From a virus (lineage: Duplodnaviria; Caudoviricetes), in the IMG/VR virus record IMGVR_UViG_3300023109_000032, positions 1-55,101 of that record: a stretch of 55,101 nt of DNA. One strand, written 5' to 3'. Positions within the stretch are counted from its first letter, which is position 1. Each line of letters opens with the position of its first letter. The translations under genes and the position numbers were made by a program. A model generated the notes under the pieces. That model searched no databases and was not told the DNA's origin. It saw only the letters and a list, made by a program, of their open reading frames with translations. Below are positions 38,546 to 47,434 of this stretch, one piece after another.

Positions 38546-39331
38546 ATGAATACAAAACCAAAAGTGTTAAGGGTAGTTATTTCGACTAATAGGACTGAAT
38601 ATTTAAAACAAACATTTGAATCCTGTAATAAAATAGATTACACAGGTTTAGACATGTATCATTTACTAATTGATGATTGGCCTAAAGATAGAAATAATAA
38701 AGAATTTATTAAGTTTGTCATGAGTCATGGTTTTGATGAAGTAATTCTTAATAGAGAAAATAAAGGGATTGCTTGCCAATGGGACAAGATATTTGAAATA
38801 GGTAAAGATTTTGATTATGTCTTTATGCATGAAGATGATATTTTAGTTAGACATCCATTTATGCTAAATCATTTAATTATTTTATTAGAACGAGATAGTC
38901 ATTTATCTCAAGTACAATTAAAAAGAACTAAGTGGTATCATCACGAAAAGGATGTGACGAGTAAAGATGATGACTGGTCATTTGGTGATTTTAGGTATGA
39001 AAAGTTTGATGCAACTCCACATTTTTGGGGTATGATGTCAATTTGGCCTTCATCTGTTTGTAAAGAAAATATCACAGAAGAAACTGGATATAGGTTAGGT
39101 GAAAATATTATTGGATGGTATATGAAAAAAAAATATAGTAAAGAAACCGGTTTAATTAAAACGAAAAAAGGAGATGCTATGATTGAACATATTGGTGAAT
39201 ATACGCGAGGAAAAAAAATAATGCCAGGTGAACCGGGGTGGAAAGAAGAAGTTCATGGCAAGCTAGGAGATTCTGATTATTATTCTAAAGAAGTAGGAAA
39301 TATAAAATATGACAAGAAAATTTCAGAATAA
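38546..39331 (+). CDS. GT-A glycosyltransferase (GT2-like)
   Basis: STNRTEYL, LLIDD, YVFMHEDD, IEHIG. Confidence 0.75.
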   Translation: MNTKPKVLRVVISTNRTEYLKQTFESCNKIDYTGLDMYHLLIDDWPKDRNNKEFIKFVMSHGFDEVILNRENKGIACQWDKIFEIGKDFDYVFMHEDDILVRHPFMLNHLIILLERDSHLSQVQLKRTKWYHHEKDVTSKDDDWSFGDFRYEKFDATPHFWGMMSIWPSSVCKENITEETGYRLGENIIGWYMKKKYSKETGLIKTKKGDAMIEHIGEYTRGKKIMPGEPGWKEEVHGKLGDSDYYSKEVGNIKYDKKISE

Positions 39332-39351
39332 GTTTTTATAGATTATAATTA
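39321..39351 (+). promoter_or_regulatory. class I promoter
   Basis: TTTCAGA...ATTATAATTA, 21-nt offset. Confidence 0.6.
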
Positions 39352-39383
39352 TACTGTAACAAACAAATTAAAACAAATTAAAA

Positions 39384-39632
39384 ATGAGTCGTTATAATTC
39401 AAGAATGCACGGAGTAACAGAAGATAACTGTAAAGTAGATCTTAACTGGGGTTTTGATCATGTACTAGGTTATTGGTATGATATTATCGAAACACGTAAT
39501 GGTGAAGAAAATGTTATCGAGGAATGGCATTCAGGTATGGGAGGAAGCAGAGGTAAGATGCTAGATTTTTTAATAAAGTATAATTGCCCAGAAAAACATC
39601 GCAGCATGGTAGCATTAGATATGGAATTTTAA
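39384..39632 (+). CDS. hypothetical protein
   Basis: ORF track. Confidence 0.65.
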   Translation: MSRYNSRMHGVTEDNCKVDLNWGFDHVLGYWYDIIETRNGEENVIEEWHSGMGGSRGKMLDFLIKYNCPEKHRSMVALDMEF

Positions 39633-39643
39633 ATAAAGAAAAA

Positions 39644-39844
39644 ATGGAATTACACCAAGTACCCAACAATAGTAGAATAAAAATAGTTACCAAAGATAAG
39701 GTACCGCCCGGAGCCCCTCCTGTTGAAGAAGGAGAAGAACTTAACTTTAGATCTATAGATGGAATGTATAGTTACTGTACCAGAGACAATGGTGAAGTAG
39801 TACATTTAGTAGCATGGACCGAAGTAGATATCGTGAATGAGTAA
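39644..39844 (+). CDS. hypothetical protein
   Basis: Likely start at 39644, which avoids the overlap. Confidence 0.6.
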   Translation: MELHQVPNNSRIKIVTKDKVPPGAPPVEEGEELNFRSIDGMYSYCTRDNGEVVHLVAWTEVDIVNE

Positions 39845-39849
39845 CAGAT

Positions 39850-39938
39850 GCCGCTGTGGTGGAATTGGTAGACACGACAGACTTAAAATCTGTTGAGCAG
39901 TAATGCTCGTGGCGGTTCGAGCCCGCCCAGCGGTACCA
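39850..39938 (+). tRNA. tRNA-Leu(TAA), CCA encoded
   Basis: Acceptor GCCGCTG/CAGCGGT; anticodon arm ACAGA-CTTAAAA-TCTGT; long variable arm; GGTTCGA. Confidence 0.95.
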
Positions 39939-39952
39939 AAAAATAAAAAGAT

Positions 39953-40132
39953 ATGAATAGTAAATTATACAGAGGAAAGGGTTATGTTGGCGGGGTATGC
40001 CAGGGGCTAGGTGAATGGTCAGGAATACCTCCAATCTTATGGAGATTAATTTTTTTGTTTACACCTATACCATCTGCTTTTCTCATGTATGTAGTCTTAT
40101 GGATATTTCTTAAAAAGGGCTTTCAGAATTAA
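39953..40132 (+). CDS. PspC-domain protein (59 aa, missed by ORF track)
   Basis: KLYR...VGGVCQGLGEWSGIPPILWRLIF...YVVLWIFL. Confidence 0.85.
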   Translation: MNSKLYRGKGYVGGVCQGLGEWSGIPPILWRLIFLFTPIPSAFLMYVVLWIFLKKGFQN

Positions 40133-40151
40133 AGCAAATAGATTATAATTA
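40121..40151 (+). promoter_or_regulatory. class I promoter
   Basis: TTTCAGA...ATTATAATTA, 21-nt offset. Confidence 0.6.
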
Positions 40152-40179
40152 TACTATAACAATTAAACTATAAAATAAT

Positions 40180-40431
40180 ATGGCAGATTTACAAAAAGGA
40201 GATAAAGTAACGTGGGTAGCTGAAATGCAATGTGTACCACACCCTGAAGGAAAAACTGATAGAAAGGGCGAAGTACTTCCAGTATTTAGAGATAAAGATA
40301 TGACTGGTACTATTGTTAATTCTCATTATGACAATAAATTCACCGTAAGACCTGATGGGTATACTACACCTAGAGGAATGGATTCTTATTATGATAAAAT
40401 GGTACCGGGTAAAAAACTTTCAAAGATTTAA
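40180..40431 (+). CDS. hypothetical protein
   Basis: ORF track. Confidence 0.65.
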   Translation: MADLQKGDKVTWVAEMQCVPHPEGKTDRKGEVLPVFRDKDMTGTIVNSHYDNKFTVRPDGYTTPRGMDSYYDKMVPGKKLSKI

Positions 40432-40434
40432 TGT

Positions 40435-40656
40435 ATGAGTATTCAAATTAAAACAGAAAAGGAAGTTTGGTGGGCATCAACCAAAGAATATGATCTTGAA
40501 GTAAATGGAGAAAATGTATCAGTAAGAATTGCTGAAACTCCAAAAGAAACTGAATTCTTTGAATGGAATGAAACTACTGGATGGGAACCTGCTGATATTG
40601 ATAGCGGATTAATGAAAGAAGTATATGACGCATGGTCAAACGGAGAAATAGAATAA
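40435..40656 (+). CDS. hypothetical acidic protein
   Basis: ORF track. Confidence 0.65.
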   Translation: MSIQIKTEKEVWWASTKEYDLEVNGENVSVRIAETPKETEFFEWNETTGWEPADIDSGLMKEVYDAWSNGEIE

Positions 40657-40804
40657 AATGAATTGGAAAAAGATAAAAGAAAATAATATGTATAGACAAG
40701 GCAGATCTGAGGAACAAGTAAGAGGAGCTTATATAGGAGCCTTTATTGCAATCATAGGATTGGCTGTTACATTAATTATAGCAGCTTTAACATCATAAAG
40801 ATCT

Positions 40805-40878
<74 letters not shown>

Positions 40879-40886
40879 CCGCGACT

Positions 40887-40963
40887 CGGGATGTATCTCC
40901 TCAAGCTTATACCTTGTAGAAAGAGTAATTGGTTACATATGAGTTCAAGTCTCATCTTCCCGA
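40887..40963 (+). ncRNA. atypical tRNA-like RNA with TAT (Ile) anticodon-like loop
   Basis: Acceptor CGGGATG/CTTCCCG+A; T-arm ATGAG-TTCAAGT-CTCAT; CAAG-CTTATAC-CTTG arm; no normal D-arm. Confidence 0.7.
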
Positions 40964-40999
40964 CCTTAATCTAATAAATATAAAAACAAAAACTTAAAT

Positions 41000-41188
41000 A
41001 TGCTAATAATTAAAAAAGGAGAAAAAGATTCAATTGACAAAGTACTAAAACAGTATAAAAGAAAATGTAGAGAAACGCAACTCCTTAAAGATATTAGATC
41101 AAGAAAAGAATTTGTTAAACCTTCAGAAGCTAAGAGAAAGCAAAAACAGAAAGCCATATATCAACAAAAGCAAAATAAACAGTTTTAA
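41000..41188 (+). CDS. rpsU: ribosomal protein bS21
   Basis: SIDKVLKQYKRK...IRSRKEFVKPS..KRKQKQKAIY; Bacteroidota-type MLII N-terminus. Confidence 0.92.
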   Translation: MLIIKKGEKDSIDKVLKQYKRKCRETQLLKDIRSRKEFVKPSEAKRKQKQKAIYQQKQNKQF

Positions 41189-41189
41189 A

Positions 41190-41288
41190 AATTGTTAATA
41201 ACTTTTTGAAAATAACGTGAATTTATAGTTCAGAATCCGAAAAAATTGTTTATATTTATATTATAATAATTAAAACAAAAACGGAACT
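41190..41288 (+). promoter_or_regulatory. repeated promoter cassette, copy 6
   Basis: Near-identical to copy 8; AAACGGAACT-ATG. Confidence 0.85.
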
Positions 41289-41729
41289 ATGGCAACATTA
41301 AGAATCTTTACTCAGTACTACGAAAATTACTCGGACTCTCAAACTCCACACTGGAAACCAAAAGGTGGGCAAACATTCATCATCAAAGATATTGAAGGTG
41401 ATATGATTATGTACTGTGATAATCTAACAGAGGTTTGTACAAACCTTGTATCTGCAAAAAGTAATGAACATTACAAATATGAATACAGAGAACATGAAGT
41501 TGACTTTATGGGCGACGAGGAAATCTCTGTCACAGAACTTACCAATGAAATAAGGGATCAGTTTAACAATGAAGGGAAATATGCAACTAATGATATTCCT
41601 GGATTTGAAGGTACATTAGAAAACTTAAATAAACTCTGTGATGATATGATAAGTCATGCAAACAGTGCAGGTACTGTAGTTGAATGTTCTGCTGATTTAG
41701 ATAATGAATGGGCTAATGAATCAGAATAA
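41289..41729 (+). CDS. hypothetical protein
   Basis: TQYYENY...HWKPKGG motif. Confidence 0.7.
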   Translation: MATLRIFTQYYENYSDSQTPHWKPKGGQTFIIKDIEGDMIMYCDNLTEVCTNLVSAKSNEHYKYEYREHEVDFMGDEEISVTELTNEIRDQFNNEGKYATNDIPGFEGTLENLNKLCDDMISHANSAGTVVECSADLDNEWANESE

Positions 41730-41834
41730 TATGAAAGAAATTAAAAGATACTTAAAGAATATTGAATCTATAGATATTGTAATGATTTTTGCAATCTGTC
41801 TATGTACAACAATGTTAGTATTCACAATAACAAA

Positions 41835-42416
41835 ATGGATTTAGATAACGACATAACCATTAATGTTTTGGAGGAAAAGTTATGGGATCATTATTCCGAA
41901 CTTCCAAATCCTTTATGGTATGCACAACAAGATAAATTAAAAGATATGAAAAAAGACGTAGTAATATTTGACCTCGACGGTACACTTGCTCTTATTGATG
42001 ATAGGAGAAAGCTTGCCACTAAAACAAACGGTAAAATGGATTGGGATACATTTTTTGATCCTGATAATATTAAATTAGACTTACCTAATGATTCGGTAAT
42101 TGAAATGGCAAAAACTTTAGATGCGCAAGGTTTTACTATTGTGATATTCTCAGGAAGGAGTAAAGCCACTAAAGATGCAACAGCTGCATGGTTGGATAAA
42201 CATAATGTTCCATTTAATATAATGAAGATGAGACCGACTGGCCACCCTTGGGCTTTTATGCCAGATGATAAGTTAAAGAAAGGTTGGTTAGATGATATAT
42301 TTCCAGGTGAGAAAAAGGACCGCATACTCTGTGTGTTTGATGATAGAACTAAAGTTGTAAATATGTGGAGAGATAATGGCTTAAGCTGTTTTCAAGTAGC
42401 TCCTGGTGACTTTTAA
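41835..42416 (+). CDS. HAD-family polynucleotide 3'-phosphatase (T4 PseT C-terminal-like)
   Basis: IFDLDGTLA, FSGR, MRP, FDDR..VVNMWR..G..CFQV..GDF; start uncertain (41835 or 41946). Confidence 0.85.
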   Translation: MDLDNDITINVLEEKLWDHYSELPNPLWYAQQDKLKDMKKDVVIFDLDGTLALIDDRRKLATKTNGKMDWDTFFDPDNIKLDLPNDSVIEMAKTLDAQGFTIVIFSGRSKATKDATAAWLDKHNVPFNIMKMRPTGHPWAFMPDDKLKKGWLDDIFPGEKKDRILCVFDDRTKVVNMWRDNGLSCFQVAPGDF

Positions 42417-42425
42417 AATAAAGAT

Positions 42426-42713
42426 ATGGAATTTAAAGATTTAAGATTTAAAAAACAAACACACGGTGGTATTGGAACTACTGCAAAATTTAAAGATGTA
42501 ACTATAAGCATTCAGGCCGGGAGCTTTGTGTATAGTACCCCACGAGAAGATGGATTAGACTCCACTGAGTACTGTTCATTTGAAGTAGGAATATTTGAAA
42601 ATACTGGAGATGGCGGTTTTGTTACAAGTAAATATATTGATTGCGGTGAAGAGCTTGTTGCAGGGTGGGTATCAAAAGAAGAAATTGAAAATGTTTTACA
42701 AAAATTAAATTAG
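42426..42713 (+). CDS. hypothetical protein
   Basis: SIQAG...YSTPR...FEVG...AGWV. Confidence 0.65.
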   Translation: MEFKDLRFKKQTHGGIGTTAKFKDVTISIQAGSFVYSTPREDGLDSTEYCSFEVGIFENTGDGGFVTSKYIDCGEELVAGWVSKEEIENVLQKLN

Positions 42714-42718
42714 AGAAA

Positions 42719-43057
42719 ATGAAAATATTACAAAAGATAGCATGGTTAACTAGAAAGTGGAATTTATCAATAAGATTATTTGACTTGCAATTACACGATA
42801 ATCTTAACTCTTGGGGGTTTCATATACTAGCAATTAATTATAATCATTCTGTATATTCACTTTTAGCATTTGAATGTAGATTACCTAACTGTGCAGACGT
42901 TAAACATTTTGTAGTAGACCATGTAGATATTCTATTTTTAAGAAAGCCTCTTAATGATTGGGCTTGTGGCTTGGAAGAAAATGCTATGTGGTCTGGTAGA
43001 ACTCCAACTAAACTAGAAGAGATTATGATTGCTTTGGTTGGTACAATCTTTAAATAA
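42719..43057 (+). CDS. hypothetical protein
   Basis: ORF track. Confidence 0.6.
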   Translation: MKILQKIAWLTRKWNLSIRLFDLQLHDNLNSWGFHILAINYNHSVYSLLAFECRLPNCADVKHFVVDHVDILFLRKPLNDWACGLEENAMWSGRTPTKLEEIMIALVGTIFK

Positions 43058-43148
43058 ATTGTTAATAACTTTTTAAACAAAACGTGAAACTATAGTTCAG
43101 AATCTAAAAAAATTGATTATATTTATACTATAATTAAAAACAATATAT
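43057..43148 (+). promoter_or_regulatory. repeated promoter cassette, copy 7
   Basis: AATTGTTAATAACTTTT...TATAGTTCAGA...TTATATTTATA. Confidence 0.8.
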
Positions 43149-43454
43149 ATGAGCAAGTATCAAGAACTATTACAAAACCCACCAACATTTACAGAACTTT
43201 ATGATAGTGAAAATCTAAGAGAAGTTATTTTTGAAACTATTAGCTGTATGTGTGATAACAGGCACTTCCTAAAATTCAAAAAGAATTCTGACGGTGATTT
43301 TAAAATGAATGGAAATGGACATTCACTTAGCAACTGGTCGATGAAACATACTCCTCATGATATTGAATGGGAAGCTGATGATCAAAATTGGGGAGCGGTT
43401 GTAAATATGATTAATACTGGAACTTCAAAGATATCAACTGTTAAGTGTAGATAA
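43149..43454 (+). CDS. hypothetical protein
   Basis: ORF behind the cassette. Confidence 0.7.
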   Translation: MSKYQELLQNPPTFTELYDSENLREVIFETISCMCDNRHFLKFKKNSDGDFKMNGNGHSLSNWSMKHTPHDIEWEADDQNWGAVVNMINTGTSKISTVKCR

Positions 43455-43533
43455 TGAATTGTATTAAATGTAAAATTGACGAGGAAGTACCACATGCATT
43501 TAGAAATTGGAAAAATTCAAAAATATATCGATA

Positions 43534-44037
43534 ATGAAAAATGTTTTATTAGCATCAACCTTTTTAGTGACTATGACAGGATCACAAAGTGAGAATCAAG
43601 AGGTTATGGCAATTCAACCAGAACCAGTGATTGAAATTATAGAGGAAGAAGTTAACCTTATTAATGGAAGGATTGATAACCGAGAAGAACTTATAGAAGC
43701 CATGGCGTTTGTTGAAAGTAGAGGAAACCCTTCTGTGATTGGAGATACTGATTTAGGATCACCTTCAGTAGGCCTCTTACAAATTAGACCTATCATGGTT
43801 AGAGAAGTAAATAGAATTTTAAGAAACCAAGGGTTAGATAAAAAATTCAAATATAGTGATAGAAGTAGTGGAGACAAATCCATTGAGATGTTTAATATAT
43901 GGGCTGATGCTTATCATTTAAATAGTTCATATGAAAAGATGGCCAGAAATTGGAACGGTGGGCCAAAAGGGTATAAGAAACCTGCAACTGCTCATTATTG
44001 GAATAAAGTCAAAAATTATATAAAAACAAATTTATAA
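43534..44037 (+). CDS. lysozyme-like/lytic transglycosylase with N-terminal signal
   Basis: VESRG (catalytic Glu), VGLLQI, ARNWNGGPKG, YWNKV. Confidence 0.8.
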   Translation: MKNVLLASTFLVTMTGSQSENQEVMAIQPEPVIEIIEEEVNLINGRIDNREELIEAMAFVESRGNPSVIGDTDLGSPSVGLLQIRPIMVREVNRILRNQGLDKKFKYSDRSSGDKSIEMFNIWADAYHLNSSYEKMARNWNGGPKGYKKPATAHYWNKVKNYIKTNL

Positions 44038-44165
44038 GATATGATAAACAAAATAATAAAAAGAATTAAAAAATGGCATGCCTATTGGTCATGGATTGAA
44101 GAGCAGAGATTAAAGGCTGCTGAGCATTCATGTAGTGCAGGCCCTCTAATGTAAATTTATAAGAT

Positions 44166-44579
44166 ATGGTAAAAGTAAAAGTAGTATATATGAATGGGAA
44201 AGAAACTGAATACGATGTTGATTACCCAAAAGCATACATAGCAAAAATTATGGACAGTGAAAATGACTTAATGCCGGAAAGGAAAGCAGTAAAAGAAATT
44301 TATGCAGGAGATAAACTTATTGCTAAATTTAATAATGGATTTTTAAATGAATTGGTATTAGAAAAACCTAAACCTAAAAAGACTGCAGGTATGGGTAGGT
44401 ATAAAGGTCATACAGTTCCTACGCATGATGACCGCATGCCTAATATAAAAGATAAGGCTAAAGCTGAAGAAGATTGGAATGAATATCAAGCAGAAATTTT
44501 ACATGCTCAAAAAATGTTAAAGGACAATGTATGGGTAACAGACCATACTGGTGGGGACATAGAAATAACTTACTCTTGA
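44166..44579 (+). CDS. hypothetical protein
   Basis: ORF track. Confidence 0.65.
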   Translation: MVKVKVVYMNGKETEYDVDYPKAYIAKIMDSENDLMPERKAVKEIYAGDKLIAKFNNGFLNELVLEKPKPKKTAGMGRYKGHTVPTHDDRMPNIKDKAKAEEDWNEYQAEILHAQKMLKDNVWVTDHTGGDIEITYS

Positions 44580-44643
44580 AGTTGTAAGGTTCTCGAGAGT
44601 TGAACCTAAACAAAAATTAAGCTCTCTATATAATTAAATAAAA

Positions 44644-45177
44644 ATGAAGATGAAGAAGATTTTAATGATGGTAATAGTTTCGCTTGGACTACAATTACAA
44701 GCACAAACGTTATGTGATTCAAATATGACTTACACAACAGGTTCACAGTATCAATTAGAAATAGCAATTCCACAAACTGGAAATAGTTTACCAACAATGG
44801 CTCCACTATATGCTGTCACTTATGGTGGTCAAACAATGTTGGGTCAAGACAGTTGTTTTGCTGGTCCTTGTACACATACAGTATACAATTACAATCCAAC
44901 TACTGGAATGCCTTATGATACAATTACAACTTGTATTAGTTATACCTTAACAGATACATTAGGTTATGTTGATACGATGAGTTGTTGTTTCAATCAAGTA
45001 TGGGATGGGCAGGCTTGGATGAGAATGTCTATGGGTGGTACTGTTGGTATAGAAGAGTTGTACAATACTGAAAAACAAGACTATAGAATATTTAATGTAT
45101 TAGGTAGACAATTAATAGAAGCTCCAATTGGAGAAATGTATATTCAAAATAGAAAGAAATATATTAAGCTGAGATAG
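44644..45177 (+). CDS. secreted Cys/Thr-rich protein with short T9SS-CTD-like tail
   Basis: Signal LQA|Q; VGIEEL...IFNVLGRQ...MYIQNRKKYIK. Confidence 0.65.
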   Translation: MKMKKILMMVIVSLGLQLQAQTLCDSNMTYTTGSQYQLEIAIPQTGNSLPTMAPLYAVTYGGQTMLGQDSCFAGPCTHTVYNYNPTTGMPYDTITTCISYTLTDTLGYVDTMSCCFNQVWDGQAWMRMSMGGTVGIEELYNTEKQDYRIFNVLGRQLIEAPIGEMYIQNRKKYIKLR

Positions 45178-45194
45178 TAAAAAGCTTTAAGACT

Positions 45195-45223
45195 AAAAGG
45201 CCACTCATAGAGTGGTCTTTTTT
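45195..45223. terminator. bidirectional intrinsic terminator
   Basis: AAAAGGCCACTC-ATA-GAGTGGTCTTTTTT between convergent genes. Confidence 0.88.
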
Positions 45224-45231
45224 AGTTTAAA

Positions 45232-45657
45232 TTACATTCCTATGTCTTTATGAAGAACTTTCATAAAACCTTTATAAGTATGTTGGCCATACTCATCTCT
45301 TAATATTTGACCAACAGCCAGTGCAAAATCTTCATATGACATGGAGTCATCTATTTTAATCATTGCTTTATCCATTGCTTTTGCTAAAGCTTCAGACTTC
45401 TTAGATTCAAATATATTAAATTTAGACACGTGATTTTCATTTTGAGTTTTTTCATCTTCATGACCTTCTTTCCAATGAGGACTTATAACACCAGGATCTC
45501 TAGTTGGATGAACATCAAATCCTTGTCTTACTGGGCTATCATACGCGTTAGTATCTTTTCCTCCGGCTAAATCATCAAACATATCTTTAAATTGTTTGAT
45601 AGTTCCTTTATAATGTCTAATTGCATTTTCATCTTTATCTTCTTGTGGTGTTTCCAT
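45232..45657 (-). CDS. hypothetical protein (putative head-associated)
   Basis: Internal HVSKFNIFE|S leader-like motif. Confidence 0.6.
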   Translation of the reverse strand: METPQEDKDENAIRHYKGTIKQFKDMFDDLAGGKDTNAYDSPVRQGFDVHPTRDPGVISPHWKEGHEDEKTQNENHVSKFNIFESKKSEALAKAMDKAMIKIDDSMSYEDFALAVGQILRDEYGQHTYKGFMKVLHKDIGM

Positions 45658-46112
45658 TACTTTCCGTATTTTTGCTTAAGCTGATGTATCTTAGTTTGAT
45701 ATCCTAATTTTTTTATATCTATTTTGTCTATTGCAATTCTCAGTTGATAATATTCTACACCAAAAGGATCTTCTCTATCTTGTGCAGCTCTGAACCTTTC
45801 AATATTTTGTTGTTCTCTTCTCTTTAATCTTTCAGCAGTTGAATTTGGATTAAATTCATGTTTCTCAGCTTCAACAATTCCATCTTTACCATCCATAGTA
45901 TCATGTACTGAATTTAGATTTTTAACTGAGTCTGAAATTTTAGAATACATCCAAGCATCTAATTGTTGACCCTGTGACATTCTATCTTTAATCATATCAG
46001 CATAATCACCAATTCTTTCTAAGTCAGTTGATGCCATGCTATTAAGATTGTCAATAGTTTTATCATTTTCATTAAAGGATTCAAATCCTGGTATTAAATC
46101 TATACTTGCCAT
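45657..46112 (-). CDS. putative internal head protein
   Basis: Leader LIPGFESFNE|N; LDAWMYSKIS motif. Confidence 0.55.
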   Translation of the reverse strand: MASIDLIPGFESFNENDKTIDNLNSMASTDLERIGDYADMIKDRMSQGQQLDAWMYSKISDSVKNLNSVHDTMDGKDGIVEAEKHEFNPNSTAERLKRREQQNIERFRAAQDREDPFGVEYYQLRIAIDKIDIKKLGYQTKIHQLKQKYGK

Positions 46113-46113
46113 A

Positions 46114-46581
46114 TTAAAATGTTGAATTCATGATTAGTTCTGCAATCTCTTGTTCCCATGCTTTTACTGATCTACTACTAATCGCTTTTTGATCGTAAAA
46201 TTCAGCTACGATAAGCTTTGCCAATACTTTTGCTCCAGAAGGTTTATCTTTTCCTTTTATTTGAACCATTGCTTCATTAACTTCACCTTCATTAGTAGCA
46301 GAATAAGATTCATAAGCTTTATCTATTGCTTCATTAATATGTTTCTTAGCTTCTTTAAGATATGAATCGGCTTTATGTTCGTCATTATCATTTTTTTCAT
46401 AAGTATCTGCTTCTTGTGCTATATGATTGGAACATGATTCTACTACACCGGCTATCGGAGTCATACTATAACCTGTTTGTGGTGTTGCTCCACCTAGTGC
46501 AAAATTATTGATTCCCATCTGACCAAAACCTGCTGCTACAATGGTTTCATTAAATTTATCGAACTCTGGTATCTTACTCAT
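46114..46581 (-). CDS. putative internal head protein
   Basis: Leader MSKIPEFDKFNE|T; INE|A; VNE|A; AATATATA upstream on the minus strand. Confidence 0.55.
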   Translation of the reverse strand: MSKIPEFDKFNETIVAAGFGQMGINNFALGGATPQTGYSMTPIAGVVESCSNHIAQEADTYEKNDNDEHKADSYLKEAKKHINEAIDKAYESYSATNEGEVNEAMVQIKGKDKPSGAKVLAKLIVAEFYDQKAISSRSVKAWEQEIAELIMNSTF

Positions 46582-46652
46582 AATTAGTTTTATATTTGTT
46601 TATATATTTGTAAACAAACTTTGAGTTTGTGCATATAAAAATAAACATAATT

Positions 46653-46838
46653 ATGTCAGAATTTTTTAGAACACAGATGGGTCGCAAAATGGTTGATAAG
46701 GATATACCTAAATTGGTAAATGTCTTAGAGAGAATCGCTATTCAATTAGAGCAAAAAAATAAATTAGATGAAAAGCGATTTATTTTAGAAGAAAGAATAC
46801 AAAAGCTTACAATAAAAGAATCAAATAAGAATGCCTAA
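46653..46838 (+). CDS. hypothetical coiled-coil protein
   Basis: Likely start at 46653; FFRTQMGRK. Confidence 0.6.
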   Translation: MSEFFRTQMGRKMVDKDIPKLVNVLERIAIQLEQKNKLDEKRFILEERIQKLTIKESNKNA

Positions 46839-47097
46839 AAAGGATATTACATATAAGCAGTTTATTGCTCACATGGATAAAGGCAATAAAGTTTATATGA
46901 AAAAACCTAGATCATGGCAAAAGGTATGGTTTTGGTGGGAGAGCAAAAAAGAGAAGTGGTTTTTAAATAAAGCATTTGATAAAAGAGAGGATGGTAGGGT
47001 AGAACCAGAGCCTTCAGTATGGATAACTGCAAAACAAATGGAAAGCCACATGGACCACATGGTTAGACAAGGCTATAAATATCATATAGATGAATAA
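46831..47097 (+). CDS. hypothetical protein
   Basis: ORF track. Confidence 0.65.
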   Translation: MPKKDITYKQFIAHMDKGNKVYMKKPRSWQKVWFWWESKKEKWFLNKAFDKREDGRVEPEPSVWITAKQMESHMDHMVRQGYKYHIDE

Positions 47098-47434
47098 ATT
47101 ATTATTGGCATTTTTGCTGTTCTTTACAGGCCAAGCAGCAATATGGTTTCAAACAAACGGACAATTTGTATGGCCTTGGTTTAAAAAGAACCCATTTACA
47201 GTTTCAGTTTTATTTGGAACTGCAATTAGTTACATATTAATTTATGGCACCAGGTTTATGGTAGAATATTATGATGGCTTATTGTGGCCAGGTAGATTTA
47301 TTGCATTTGGTTCTGGTATTATTTCGTTTACATTTTTAACTTGGTATTTTCTTGGGGAAGGCATTACTACAAAAACTATAGTATCACTGTTCTTAGCCTG
47401 TAGCTTAATAGGCATACAGTTATTTTGGAAATGA
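47090..47434 (+). CDS. four-TM membrane protein (DMT/SMR-like)
   Basis: Four hydrophobic helices; YFLGEGIT before the last helix. Confidence 0.65.
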   Translation: MNKLLLAFLLFFTGQAAIWFQTNGQFVWPWFKKNPFTVSVLFGTAISYILIYGTRFMVEYYDGLLWPGRFIAFGSGIISFTFLTWYFLGEGITTKTIVSLFLACSLIGIQLFWK

